NCBI GenBank assembly: GCA_026398815.1
Contig: JAPLSA010000016.1
Location: 61,922-125,921 of the forward strand
Length of the DNA: 64,000 bases
Source of the DNA: Gammaproteobacteria bacterium
GTDB lineage: Bacteria > Pseudomonadota > Gammaproteobacteria > Nevskiales > Nevskiaceae
Direction of reading: 5' to 3'
Below are positions 1 to 9,868 of this stretch, in pieces (position 1 is the first letter of the stretch; the number at the start of each line of letters is the position of its first letter). The position numbers were made by a program, and so were the translations under genes. Under the pieces are notes generated by a model. The model was not told where the DNA came from. It saw only the letters and a program-made list of their open reading frames with translations, and made no database searches.

Positions 1-715
1 CCACGAAGTCGCAATCCGCTTCGACGCCGGCTTCCTCGGCCAGACCGCGACCGTTGGCACCGAGCACGCCGAGGGAATGCGCTTCATCGACCATCAGCCA
101 GGCGCCCATCTGGCGCTTGACATCGGCGAATTCGCGCAGCGGAGCGGTGTCTCCGAGCATCGAGTAGATGCCTTCGACCACGACCAGCTTCTCGCCCGGA
201 AGGTCCGACAGGCGCTTCAGGCGCTTGTACAGGTCATCCGGATCGTTGTGACGGAAGCGCACGACTTCGGCATGACCGAGGCGGGCACCGTCATAGATGC
301 TGGCGTGGCTGTCGGTGTCGAGCAGCAGGTAGTCGCCCTTGCCGGCCAGGGTCGACAGCATGCCGAGGTTTGCCTGGTAACCGGTCGAGAACACCATGCA
401 GTGCTTGCGATCGAAGTACTGCGCAAGGCTGCTCTCGAGCTCACGGTGCGTGCCGTAGCTGCCATTGGCAATGCGCGAACCGGTGGTGCCGGTGCCGTGC
501 GCGCGAACGGCGGCGACGGCTTCCTCGATGCAGGCTTCGTCGAAGGTCAGGCCGAGATAGTTGTTGGTGCCGAGCAGGATCGTCTTGCGACCTTTGTAGA
601 CACCTTCAGTCGACGACAGCATGTCCTCGAACACCATCTCGAACGGGTTTTGCCCGACCGACCGCAACGAGTCATACGTCTGCCGCAGCGGGGCAAACTT
701 CGAAAGAATGCTCAC
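1..715 (-). CDS. spt: serine palmitoyltransferase (alpha-oxoamine synthase family), N-terminal ~238 codons; 3' part lies beyond the left window edge
   Basis: Hand translation from GTG at 715: MSILSKFAPLRQTYDSLRSVGQNPFEMVFEDML...ILLGTNNYLGLTFDE...VFSTGYQANLGMLSTLAGKGDYLLLDTDSHASIYDG...VRFRHN...VVEGIYSMLGD...VDEAHSLG. These blocks match Sphingomonas SPT as I recall it. GGAAGGA SD lies inside the ACP 3' end. Not in the ORF track (no in-window stop). Confidence 0.85.
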   Translation of the reverse strand, partial: MSILSKFAPLRQTYDSLRSVGQNPFEMVFEDMLSSTEGVYKGRKTILLGTNNYLGLTFDEACIEEAVAAVRAHGTGTTGSRIANGSYGTHRELESSLAQYFDRKHCMVFSTGYQANLGMLSTLAGKGDYLLLDTDSHASIYDGARLGHAEVVRFRHNDPDDLYKRLKRLSDLPGEKLVVVEGIYSMLGDTAPLREFADVKRQMGAWLMVDEAHSLGVLGANGRGLAEEAGVEADCDFV

Positions 716-719
716 TAGC

Positions 720-971
720 TCAGTTCCTTCCGCGAAGTTCGTCGACCACTCGCGCCAGTTCGCCGAGCGTTTCCACCTCGGCGACACGGTCGAGCGGGAT
801 CACAATTTCGAAGCGGTCCTCCAGCGACATGATGAAGTCCATCACCGCCAGGGAATCGAGTTGAAGATCGCGGACGATATTGGTCGAGGCGTCCAGAGGC
901 ACCTGCTTCTTCAGCAATTGCCGCAGTCCATCAATGATTTCGGCTTGCGAATCGCGCGAAGTCTCGGTCAT
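720..971 (-). CDS. acyl carrier protein (dedicated ACP of the SPT operon)
   Basis: 83 aa from ATG at 971 (GGAGAAG SD upstream). The LDSLAVMDFI motif carries the phosphopantetheine Ser. Stop lies 4 nt before the SPT start. The longer track ORF (to 1019) has a non-ACP-like extension. Confidence 0.85.
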   Translation of the reverse strand: MTETSRDSQAEIIDGLRQLLKKQVPLDASTNIVRDLQLDSLAVMDFIMSLEDRFEIVIPLDRVAEVETLGELARVVDELRGRN

Positions 972-1138
972 CTGCAACTCTTCTCCTGATATCCGCCACG
1001 GCCACCCACAATTCCGCACGACAGGCGGTCCCGAATCATCGGCCGAATCAACGGATTGTAAAGCAAGGGAAATGGTTTTGTCATAGCGCTTTCACACGCC
1101 GGACCCGCACTGCCGTAACGCTTTCAAACACTTGCAGC

Positions 1139-2107
1139 CTACAACCAGCCGGCTTCCCGATACCACCGAGCCGTTGCAGCGAATCCTTCGACCAAGCGGT
1201 GGCGCGGTTCGGCATCGGCTTCGCGAAGCAGTTCGCCCGCCGGCACCGCCCAGTCCTCGTGCAGCAATTCGCGAATCTTCCCGGCACTGACCATGCCAGC
1301 TTTGCCGACAATGCTTGCAATTGCGCCGACTCCGCCACCCACCAGCCTGACCAGCCCGCTCGGCAGCGAGAAATAGCGCGGCGACGTATTGCCGACCGCT
1401 GCACAGGCAGCCCCCAGAATGTCTTGCCAAGCGTACCCCGCCGGCTGGCCATCGGCGATCGCCTGGACCCGACCGGTGGGCGCGCCGAACACCCGCTCTA
1501 CCAGCAGGCGGGCAGCGTCCTCGACATGGATCAGGGCAATCCTCGCCGTCGGCTTGCCCGGCAGCGGCACCATCTTCCGGCTGGCCAGTTCGAAGAAGAT
1601 CATCGTTTCCCGGTCACCGGGACCGTAGATCGCCGGCGGCCGGATGACGCTGACGCGCTCAGGGCCGAGCAGGTCGAGCACCGCCTGCTCGCCAGCGCGC
1701 TTGCTGGCCGCATAACCCGACAGCTCCGGGTGGCGCGCAGCGAGGCTCGACACCTGGATGAAATGAGCATTCGGAGCATGCCGGGCGACTTGCTCGGCCA
1801 GGGTTCGCGAGCCGTCCCGGTTGACGCGCAGATAGCCCGCATCGTCCGCCGCCTTGATGGCGCCGGCGATATGCAGCACGACATCAGCGCCCTGCACCAG
1901 CCGCGCCAGCGCAGCAGGATCGTCCAGCGCGCCGAGGACGATGTCCGGATGAACGTCTGCAGCAGCGGCCAGGGGCAACGGCTCGCGGCGCGCCAGCAGC
2001 CGCAGACGGCAGTTGCGGCGCGCCAATTCGGCGATCACCGCCTGGCCCAGAAACCCGGTCGAGCCGGTGACGGCGACCGTCAACGGCACCCGATCGGCCC
2101 CGATCAA
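1139..2107 (-). CDS. NAD(P)-dependent epimerase/dehydratase-family SDR (CerR-like reductase candidate)
   Basis: N-terminal Rossmann motif VAVTGSTGFLGQAV and a YAASK (YxxxK) catalytic motif. Its start overlaps the ligase stop by 4 nt. Its position between ligase and ACP matches the Caulobacter ceramide cluster. Confidence 0.75.
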   Translation of the reverse strand: MIGADRVPLTVAVTGSTGFLGQAVIAELARRNCRLRLLARREPLPLAAAADVHPDIVLGALDDPAALARLVQGADVVLHIAGAIKAADDAGYLRVNRDGSRTLAEQVARHAPNAHFIQVSSLAARHPELSGYAASKRAGEQAVLDLLGPERVSVIRPPAIYGPGDRETMIFFELASRKMVPLPGKPTARIALIHVEDAARLLVERVFGAPTGRVQAIADGQPAGYAWQDILGAACAAVGNTSPRYFSLPSGLVRLVGGGVGAIASIVGKAGMVSAGKIRELLHEDWAVPAGELLREADAEPRHRLVEGFAATARWYREAGWL

Positions 2108-3843
2108 CTGGTCGGTGCCGCAGCAGCAGCGGCGAAGCTGCCCTGCAGGTACAGCGCCTTTGCCTTCGACCGGCTCAGCTTGCCCGACGAGGTGCGCGGC
2201 AAGGCGCGCGGCGGAATCGTGACGACATCGGTTTCGACGCCGTGACGCAGCCGCAGCAGGCCGGCGACTTCTTTCTTCAGACCGTCGCGGGTGTCGTCAT
2301 CGGCCGTGCGGAACTCGACGAGCACGACGATGCGTTCGACGCCGCCATCATCGACCGACACGGCTGCGACGTCTCCGCTGCGCAGCGCATCGATCTCGCG
2401 CTCGACCGTCCATTCCAGGTCCTGCGGCCAGATGTTGCGGCCGTTGACGATGATCAGATCCTTGGCACGGCCGGTGATGACGATCTGGCCGTTGCGGAAG
2501 TAGCCGAGGTCACCGGTGTCGAGCCAGCCATCGGCCGCCAGCACGGCTTCGGTCGCTTCCTGCTGGCCGTAGTACGAATGCATCATGCTCGGGCCGCGCG
2601 CGTAGATGCGGCCGACCTGGGCTTCCGCCAGCGGCTTGCCGGCGCCATCGCGCACTTCGATATCGTGTTCCGGCAGTGCCGGACCGCAGAGCACGAAGTC
2701 ACGGCGCCGTTCACTGTCGGCCGACGCCACGACGGCGACATTGCGGCTTTCCAGCGCCTGGCTGTCGAGGGTGTCGTAGCGAATGCCCTGGCCCAGCGGC
2801 GCGAAGCTCAGCGCCAGCGCCGTTTCGGCCATGCCATAGCTCGGCACGAAGGCGGACGCCTTGAAACCGTTCGGCGCGAACTGAGCGGCGAACTTCGCCA
2901 GCGGCTCGGGGCGCACCATGTCGCCGCCGATGCCGGCGCCGCGCCACTTCGACAGATCCAGCCCTTCCGCCGAAGCCGTCTCGGCGCGCCGCGCCGCCAG
3001 CTCGTAGCCGAACGACGGGCTGTACGACAGCGTGCCGCCATTGCGGGAGATCAGTTCCAGCCACAGCAGCGGCCGGCGCGCGAAATCGCGGGTCGGGAAC
3101 ATGTCGACCGAGATCTGGCAGACCAGCGGCGTCAGCAGGAAGCCGATCAGCCCCATGTCGTGATACAGCGGCAGCCAGGAGCTGCAGCGATCGGTCGGGC
3201 CGATGTTCAGTCCGTGGCAGGCGATGCCGCGGGTATTGGCCATCAGCGCCCGCTGGGTCACCGCGACACCGAGCGGGAAGCGCGTGCTGCCCGACGAGAA
3301 CTGCAGATAGCAGAAATCATCGGCACCGACTGACGGCAGCGGTGCCGGATCTTCCGCGACGGCATCCAGCACCGACAGGGTGCCGGCCACCTTGAGATTC
3401 AGGCCTTCCACCGCTTCGACCAGCCATTCGGCCAGCGAGGCCGGCGTGAAGGCGGCCGACGCGTCGGCGATCTCGATCATCCGGCGGATGTGGGCGACAT
3501 AGGCCGCGCGGCCGCCGAACGCCGCCGGCAGCGGCAGCGCCGTCGGCACCAGGCCGGCGTACTCGCAAGCGAAGAAGGCGCGCGCGAAGTCACCGTCGGA
3601 TTCGGCGATCAGCGCGACGCGATCGCCCTGCTTCAGGCCGCAGCTGATCAGCTTGCGGGCCAGCACGAGGCTCTGTTCGCGCAGCTGCTTGTAGCTCAGC
3701 GCTTCGGTCAGAACCCCCTTGCCGGAGTAGAAATTCATGCCGGTCGCGCCCTGCGCGGCGTAGTCCAGCGCCTCCGGCAAGGTCGTGAAATCAGCGGGCC
3801 GGTAGCGGGCGAGCTCGCTCGTCGTGGGGGTGGGAAGAGTCAT
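2104..3843 (-). CDS. fatty acyl-AMP ligase / acyl-ACP synthetase-like AMP-dependent ligase
   Basis: From MTLPTPTT (ATG at 3843): LQFSSGSTRFPLGV AMP-binding motif, YGMAE, and GWLDTGDLGY...GRAKD hinge. The 690-aa track ORF has an Arg/Ala-rich non-homologous N-extension. Confidence 0.8.
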   Translation of the reverse strand: MTLPTPTTSELARYRPADFTTLPEALDYAAQGATGMNFYSGKGVLTEALSYKQLREQSLVLARKLISCGLKQGDRVALIAESDGDFARAFFACEYAGLVPTALPLPAAFGGRAAYVAHIRRMIEIADASAAFTPASLAEWLVEAVEGLNLKVAGTLSVLDAVAEDPAPLPSVGADDFCYLQFSSGSTRFPLGVAVTQRALMANTRGIACHGLNIGPTDRCSSWLPLYHDMGLIGFLLTPLVCQISVDMFPTRDFARRPLLWLELISRNGGTLSYSPSFGYELAARRAETASAEGLDLSKWRGAGIGGDMVRPEPLAKFAAQFAPNGFKASAFVPSYGMAETALALSFAPLGQGIRYDTLDSQALESRNVAVVASADSERRRDFVLCGPALPEHDIEVRDGAGKPLAEAQVGRIYARGPSMMHSYYGQQEATEAVLAADGWLDTGDLGYFRNGQIVITGRAKDLIIVNGRNIWPQDLEWTVEREIDALRSGDVAAVSVDDGGVERIVVLVEFRTADDDTRDGLKKEVAGLLRLRHGVETDVVTIPPRALPRTSSGKLSRSKAKALYLQGSFAAAAAAPTS

Positions 3844-3905
3844 CGATCGAGGCAGGGCTGGGAGTTGGAAATGCGTTGAAATTGTAACGCATAGTCTGTG
3901 CCGGA

Positions 3906-5297
3906 CTACCCGACATCTATACCTACTGGCCGGGTCCGCCGGTACCAGCGCAAGACCAGCCAGAGCTGCCCCGCGAACAGCATCAGCGCACCGATCACCG
4001 AGGCCGCGCCGGTCGCCGTCAGCCCGCCTTGAACCGTCGCCGCGTACAGGAATGGCAGGTACAGGCTGGTCACCAGCAGGCGCATCCGGAACGCAGCACC
4101 TGCCCCGCCGGTCGACATCAGCAGCGGCTCCAGCGGCAGCGCCCACAGGCTGACCACCGACGCGCCGAGCAGCCACAGCAGCACGTCCTTGGCCGGCACG
4201 AACGACTCGCCGATCAGAAAGCGCAGCGCCGGTTCCCGGATCGCGGCCGCCACCACCAGCAGCAGCGATGCAGCGCCGCCGGCCGCCAGCGCCAGTTGCC
4301 AGACCAGGCGCCGCAGCTTGATCCAGTCCTGCGCGGCAGCCAGGCGGGCCAGTTCCGGATACAGCGCCGGCACGATCAGCTTGGCCGGCTTGGCCACCGC
4401 ATCGCCCAGTTGCTTGGCAACGCGGAACAGGGCGGCGTCACGGGCGCCCAGCAAGGCACCGACCATCAGGGTGCTGACGTGGGTGAAAGCCAGCGCCAGC
4501 GTCGAATTGAGGTTGGTCGACCAGACGAACGACCACAGCCCCGGAAAACCATCGGTCAACGATCCGCTGGCGCGCAGGCGGAAGCCGGCCAGAGCGCCTC
4601 TTGCCCGCAAGGTGGTCAGCGCCGCGCCGAACAGGAACACGAAGGCCACCACCTGGCCCGCGAACCAGATCGCCAGGAAGGCGGTCAGCCCGGCACCCAG
4701 CTTCCAGGCGATCAGGGCGCCGATGACCCGCACCCAGGAATCGATGGCGCTCTGCCAGGCGAGCAGATCGAAACGGTCGAGCAGACGCAGCGCGCCGGTC
4801 GGCGTGGCGCTGACCATGAACACGATGACCAGCGAATAGAGCCCCACTTGCGGCGACAGCGTCGCCGGCCAGCCCAGCGTGCTGCCCAGCAGCAGCACGC
4901 CGAGCAGCGCGATGATCACGCCGCCGACGCCACTCAGGGCATCCAGCAGCAGGCTGAAGCGCAGCACGCGCTGGAACTCGCCGATCCGCCCGGCATCGAG
5001 CGGTGCCGTGCCGTACTGCAGCAGCGCCTGCCAGGACTGGAACTTGGCGATTTCGCCGATCGTCTGCACGTACGCATGCACCAGCACCAGCACGCCGAAA
5101 GCATCGACCCCCAGCGCGCGCGCCGCCAGCGCCGTCGCTCCCAGGCTCAGGGCGCCGTTGAGTGCCTTGCCGCCCAGCAGGATGCCGGCGTTCGACAGGA
5201 TCTGGCGCAGAGTGCCGCCACCGGCTTCCGGCTCGGGAATGGCCTTCAGCGCGGGCTCGGCATCCGCTGCTGCCTCGATCGGCGACCGGCTGCTCAC
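3906..5297 (-). CDS. MOP/PST-family polysaccharide or lipid-linked glycan flippase (Wzx/RfbX-like)
   Basis: 463 aa, polytopic throughout (roughly 12-14 hydrophobic helices). The N-terminal ILSNAGILLGGKALNGALSLGATALAARALG is typical of PST flippases. Lies 62 nt upstream of the ligase gene. Confidence 0.7.
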   Translation of the reverse strand: MSSRSPIEAAADAEPALKAIPEPEAGGGTLRQILSNAGILLGGKALNGALSLGATALAARALGVDAFGVLVLVHAYVQTIGEIAKFQSWQALLQYGTAPLDAGRIGEFQRVLRFSLLLDALSGVGGVIIALLGVLLLGSTLGWPATLSPQVGLYSLVIVFMVSATPTGALRLLDRFDLLAWQSAIDSWVRVIGALIAWKLGAGLTAFLAIWFAGQVVAFVFLFGAALTTLRARGALAGFRLRASGSLTDGFPGLWSFVWSTNLNSTLALAFTHVSTLMVGALLGARDAALFRVAKQLGDAVAKPAKLIVPALYPELARLAAAQDWIKLRRLVWQLALAAGGAASLLLVVAAAIREPALRFLIGESFVPAKDVLLWLLGASVVSLWALPLEPLLMSTGGAGAAFRMRLLVTSLYLPFLYAATVQGGLTATGAASVIGALMLFAGQLWLVLRWYRRTRPVGIDVG

Positions 5298-5800
5298 GCC
5301 GGGCCGAGGAAATCGCGCTTGCCCAGTTCCACGCCGGAGTGACGCAACAGGTTGTAGGCGGTCGTCGAATGGAAATACAGGTTCGGCAACACGAAGCCGA
5401 GCAGGTAGCGTTGGCCTGTGAAATTGAGCTCGCCGAATGGCGTCCGGATGACGATCGGGCGATCCTCCGAACCGTCGATCTGCTCGGCGTCGAAACGGCG
5501 CAGGAAGGCCGCCGTCCAGTCGATGCGCGCCTTCAGCTCGGCAAAGGTCTTTTCCGTGTCGGCGCGCGGCGGCGGCTCGACACCCGCCAACCGCGCGGCG
5601 CCGCTCTTCACCATGTCGCAGGCGATCTGCACCTGCCGCGAGAACGGAAACATGTCCGGGTACAGCCGCGCGCCGGTCAGCACCAGCGGGTCGAGCTGCC
5701 TGGCCGCCGCGTGGGCAGCCCCGATGTCGAGAATCGCCGACAGGTTGTCGAGTGCCCGCAGGAACACCGGAATCGAAGCCTGGTACATCGAAATCGTCAT
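5294..5800 (-). CDS. DUF1993 family protein (DinB-like helical bundle)
   Basis: 168 aa: MYQASIPVFLRALDNLSAIL...LPNLYFHSTTAYNLLRHSGVELGKRDFLG, the characteristic DUF1993 ends. Its stop overlaps the flippase start by 4 nt. Confidence 0.7.
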   Translation of the reverse strand: MTISMYQASIPVFLRALDNLSAILDIGAAHAAARQLDPLVLTGARLYPDMFPFSRQVQIACDMVKSGAARLAGVEPPPRADTEKTFAELKARIDWTAAFLRRFDAEQIDGSEDRPIVIRTPFGELNFTGQRYLLGFVLPNLYFHSTTAYNLLRHSGVELGKRDFLGPA

Positions 5801-5845
5801 GAAGGTCGCCTCCGGCGCCGACAGCGGAAATCGCGGCGGCGCAGC

Positions 5846-7090
5846 TTACTCGAACTCGCCGTAGCCGCCGTGCTGCCGGTGGGCGATGAAGCCGGCCGCC
5901 GTCAGGGCCGCAAGAATCTGGCCGCTGTGGGCCTCGTCCTGCGCCTCGATGAGCATCTCCAAGGTCGCGCTCTTGGCGTGCCGGCCGGCCGACAGCCGCT
6001 CGTGGTGCACCTGCACGATATTGCCGCCGGCCGTGCCGACGCAGCCGGCAACCCGGGCCAGAAAACCGGGGCTGTCCTCGATCTCGATCGACAGGTTCAC
6101 CAGCCGCGATTCATGCACCAGCTGGCGCAGCAGCACCGAGGCGAGCAGGCGCGGGTCGATGTTGCCGCCGCAGACCAGCAGACCCACCTTGCGGCCCGCA
6201 TAGCGGGCGGGATCGGCCAGCAGCGCGGCAAGTCCGGTGGCGCCAGCGCCTTCGGCGACCACTTTCTCGACATTGGCCAGCAGGCCGACCGCCCGCTCGA
6301 TCGCCGGCTCGTCGACCCGCACCAGCTCATCCGCCAGCGCGGCGATCACCGGAAGCGTGCGACGGCCGATGCCCTTGACGGCAATGCCTTCGGCGATCGT
6401 CGGCCCGCCACGCACCAGTGCCGGATCGCCCTGCAACGCCGCATAGGCCGAGCAGTAGCCGGCCGATTCGACGCCGACCAGCCGCAGCTCCGGCCGCACT
6501 GCGCGTGCCGCGACTGCATTGCCGGAAAACAGGCCGCCGCCGCCGATCGGGATCACCAGGGTGTCGAGCTCCGGCACGTCGGTCAGCATCTCCAGCGCGA
6601 TGGTGCCCTGCCCGGCCATCACCTGCGGATCGTCGTACGGGTGCACCAGCGTCATGCCACGCGCCTCGACCAGCTCGCGCTGCATGTAGTCGAAGGCGTC
6701 ACCCAGCGTCGCACCGTGAAGGATTACCTCACCGCCCAGGTCACGGGTGTTGCGCACCTTGGTGAACGGCGTGTTGACCGGCATCACGATGACGCTGCGG
6801 ATGCCCAGCCGCGTCGCGTGATAGGCCACCGCCTGGGCGTGGTTGCCGGCCGACATCGCCGCCACGCCGGCGGCCCGTTCGGCGGATGTCAGCCGCGCCA
6901 GCTTGTTCAGTGCGCCACGTTCCTTGAACGAGGCGGTGAACTGGAAGTTCTCGAACTTCAGCCAGACCTCGGCCCCGGTCAGCTTCGACAACACCTTCGA
7001 CGGCGCACAGGGCGTGCGCAGGATCTGGCCGTCGATGACCCGCGCGGCATCGCGGACGTCATCCACGCTGATCGCGAGAGGCTCGCTCAT
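5846..7090 (-). CDS. ilvA: threonine ammonia-lyase (PLP-dependent, single C-terminal ACT-like domain)
   Basis: From MSEPLAIS (ATG at 7090): KFENFQFTASFKERGALNKL PLP-Lys motif, GNHAQAVAY, GGGGL loop and a regulatory ACT-like tail. The upstream 96 codons of the track ORF look non-coding. Confidence 0.85.
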   Translation of the reverse strand: MSEPLAISVDDVRDAARVIDGQILRTPCAPSKVLSKLTGAEVWLKFENFQFTASFKERGALNKLARLTSAERAAGVAAMSAGNHAQAVAYHATRLGIRSVIVMPVNTPFTKVRNTRDLGGEVILHGATLGDAFDYMQRELVEARGMTLVHPYDDPQVMAGQGTIALEMLTDVPELDTLVIPIGGGGLFSGNAVAARAVRPELRLVGVESAGYCSAYAALQGDPALVRGGPTIAEGIAVKGIGRRTLPVIAALADELVRVDEPAIERAVGLLANVEKVVAEGAGATGLAALLADPARYAGRKVGLLVCGGNIDPRLLASVLLRQLVHESRLVNLSIEIEDSPGFLARVAGCVGTAGGNIVQVHHERLSAGRHAKSATLEMLIEAQDEAHSGQILAALTAAGFIAHRQHGGYGEFE

Positions 7091-7376
7091 GGCAATGACT
7101 CGAAAGGAATTGCCCGGATTATAGAGGCGCGCCGTCAACGCTCCGGCCGTGGATGCGGCTGAAGCGGAAGCCGTTCCCCCGGGAACAAGACGGCGCGCGG
7201 GCAGCCGCGAAGCGAGAGAAGCGGGGCCAATCCCGCCCGGCTTCGGCGACCTTTTCCCGCGTGGGCGACGGCTTTCTCCGCCGATCTTGGCGTGACCTTG
7301 GCGCGCCCTCGGCGACTCGCGGATAATCCGCGCCCTGCGATTCCCCGCGACCGCCGTTTCGAGCCTGCACGCCGCC

Positions 7377-9041
<1,665 letters not shown>

Positions 9042-9120
9042 CGGTGATCCGCTGCGTGGAAGGCAAACTGCCTTTCACGCAGCTCCGTCCCGAGATTCCG
9101 GTTTCAGGCGGTTGAAAAAC

Positions 9121-9151
9121 AAAAAACCCGATGAGTGATCATCGGGTTTTT
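9121..9151. terminator. bidirectional rho-independent terminator between ettA and the tRNA genes
   Basis: AAAAAA-CCCGATGA-gtga-TCATCGGG-TTTTT: a perfect 8-bp stem (9127-9134 / 9139-9146) with a 4-nt loop, A-run on one side and T-run on the other. Confidence 0.8.
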
Positions 9152-9165
9152 CATATGCTGCCTGA

Positions 9166-9242
9166 TGGTGCGCTCGGAAGGATTCGAACCTCCGACCCCC
9201 TGGTTCGTAGCCAGGTGCTCTATCCAACTGAGCTACGAGCGC
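9166..9242 (-). tRNA. tRNA-Arg (anticodon ACG)
   Basis: Reverse complement GCGCTCGTAGCTCAGTTGGATAGAGCACCTGGCTACGAACCAGGGGGTCGGAGGTTCGAATCCTTCCGAGCGCACCA folds as a cloverleaf: 7-bp acceptor, CT-ACG-AA anticodon loop, TTCGAAT T-loop, encoded CCA. Confidence 0.95.
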
Positions 9243-9269
9243 TCTTGATCTTTGCTGCGTGCCGCCTGG

Positions 9270-9364
9270 TGGCGGAGAGAGAGGGATTCGAACCCTCGAT
9301 AAGGTTTTTAAGACCCTATACTCCCTTAGCAGGGGAGCGCCTTCGGCCACTCGGCCATCTCTCC
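9270..9364 (-). tRNA. tRNA-Ser (anticodon GCU), long variable arm
   Basis: Reverse complement GGAGAGATGGCCGAGTGGCCGAAGGCGCTCCCCTGCTAAGGGAG...GAGGGTTCGAATCCCTCTCTCTCCGCCA: acceptor GGAGAGA/TCTCTCC, CT-GCT-AA loop, class II variable arm, encoded CCA. Confidence 0.95.
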
Positions 9365-9436
9365 ACAGCTCTGAGAGCCTTGCAACAGAACGACATTATA
9401 GGCTGAAAGCCCCTGCGCGTAAAGCGTTTTCTGCAA

Positions 9437-9637
9437 TCAATCGTGCCCGTCCGCAGTGCCCGGATCTTCGCCACGCTCCACGCGAATCCGCTCGAAGATT
9501 TCTTCGCGATGCACCGATACATCCTTAGGCGCCTTGACGCCGATCCGCACCTGATTGCCCTTGATGCCCAGCACGGTGACCGTCACGTCTTCACCGATGA
9601 TCAGGGTTTCACCGACCCGCCTTGTCAAAATCAGCAT
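9437..9637 (-). CDS. csrA: carbon storage regulator CsrA
   Basis: 66 aa from [47 protein letters not shown], a near-invariant CsrA sequence. The track ORF adds 14 upstream codons. Confidence 0.95.
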   Translation of the reverse strand: MLILTRRVGETLIIGEDVTVTVLGIKGNQVRIGVKAPKDVSVHREEIFERIRVERGEDPGTADGHD

Positions 9638-9868
9638 CGCTGTCCTCCGCAACCCGGGGGCTGTCGCCAAACTCTGCATTTCGAGTCCGGTCGTGTGCTC
9701 GCCGAATCAAAATGATATCGCGCCGGGGAAATGAAAGTTTGCGATGCAAAGGTCGAACGGATGAATTCCGACAAAAGGCCGTCATTCGCGCATCAACGCT
9801 GCACCCGGCGTCCGCTGACAGGCGCGGAATATGCCGGGAGACCTCAGCGAAACGAAGGGTTTCCCGCT

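Noticed and set aside
77-718. 213-aa plus-strand ORF at the left edge
   Set aside because: It is the antisense shadow of the SPT gene. Its protein is Ala/Arg/Val-rich with no motifs, while the minus strand gives a textbook alpha-oxoamine synthase.
3844-4176. N-terminal extension of the AMP-ligase ORF, and likewise the extensions of ORFs 5846..7378, 11189..13951, 34794..36560, 42080..43393 and 25402..26475
   Set aside because: The extensions are Arg/Ala/Pro-rich, overlap neighbouring genes or divergent promoters, and precede internal ATGs where family-typical N-termini begin, several with SD sequences.
5162-7162. 666-aa plus-strand ORF
   Set aside because: It is antisense to the DUF1993 and threonine dehydratase genes, and its sequence is low-complexity and Arg/Gly/Gln-rich.
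9166-9364. tRNA-Arg and tRNA-Ser as a genomic-island integration site
   Set aside because: There is no integrase, direct repeat of a tRNA 3' end, or foreign-looking DNA next to them. The alaS-(lysC)-csrA-tRNASer-tRNAArg arrangement is conserved core synteny (compare E. coli alaS-csrA-serV-argV).
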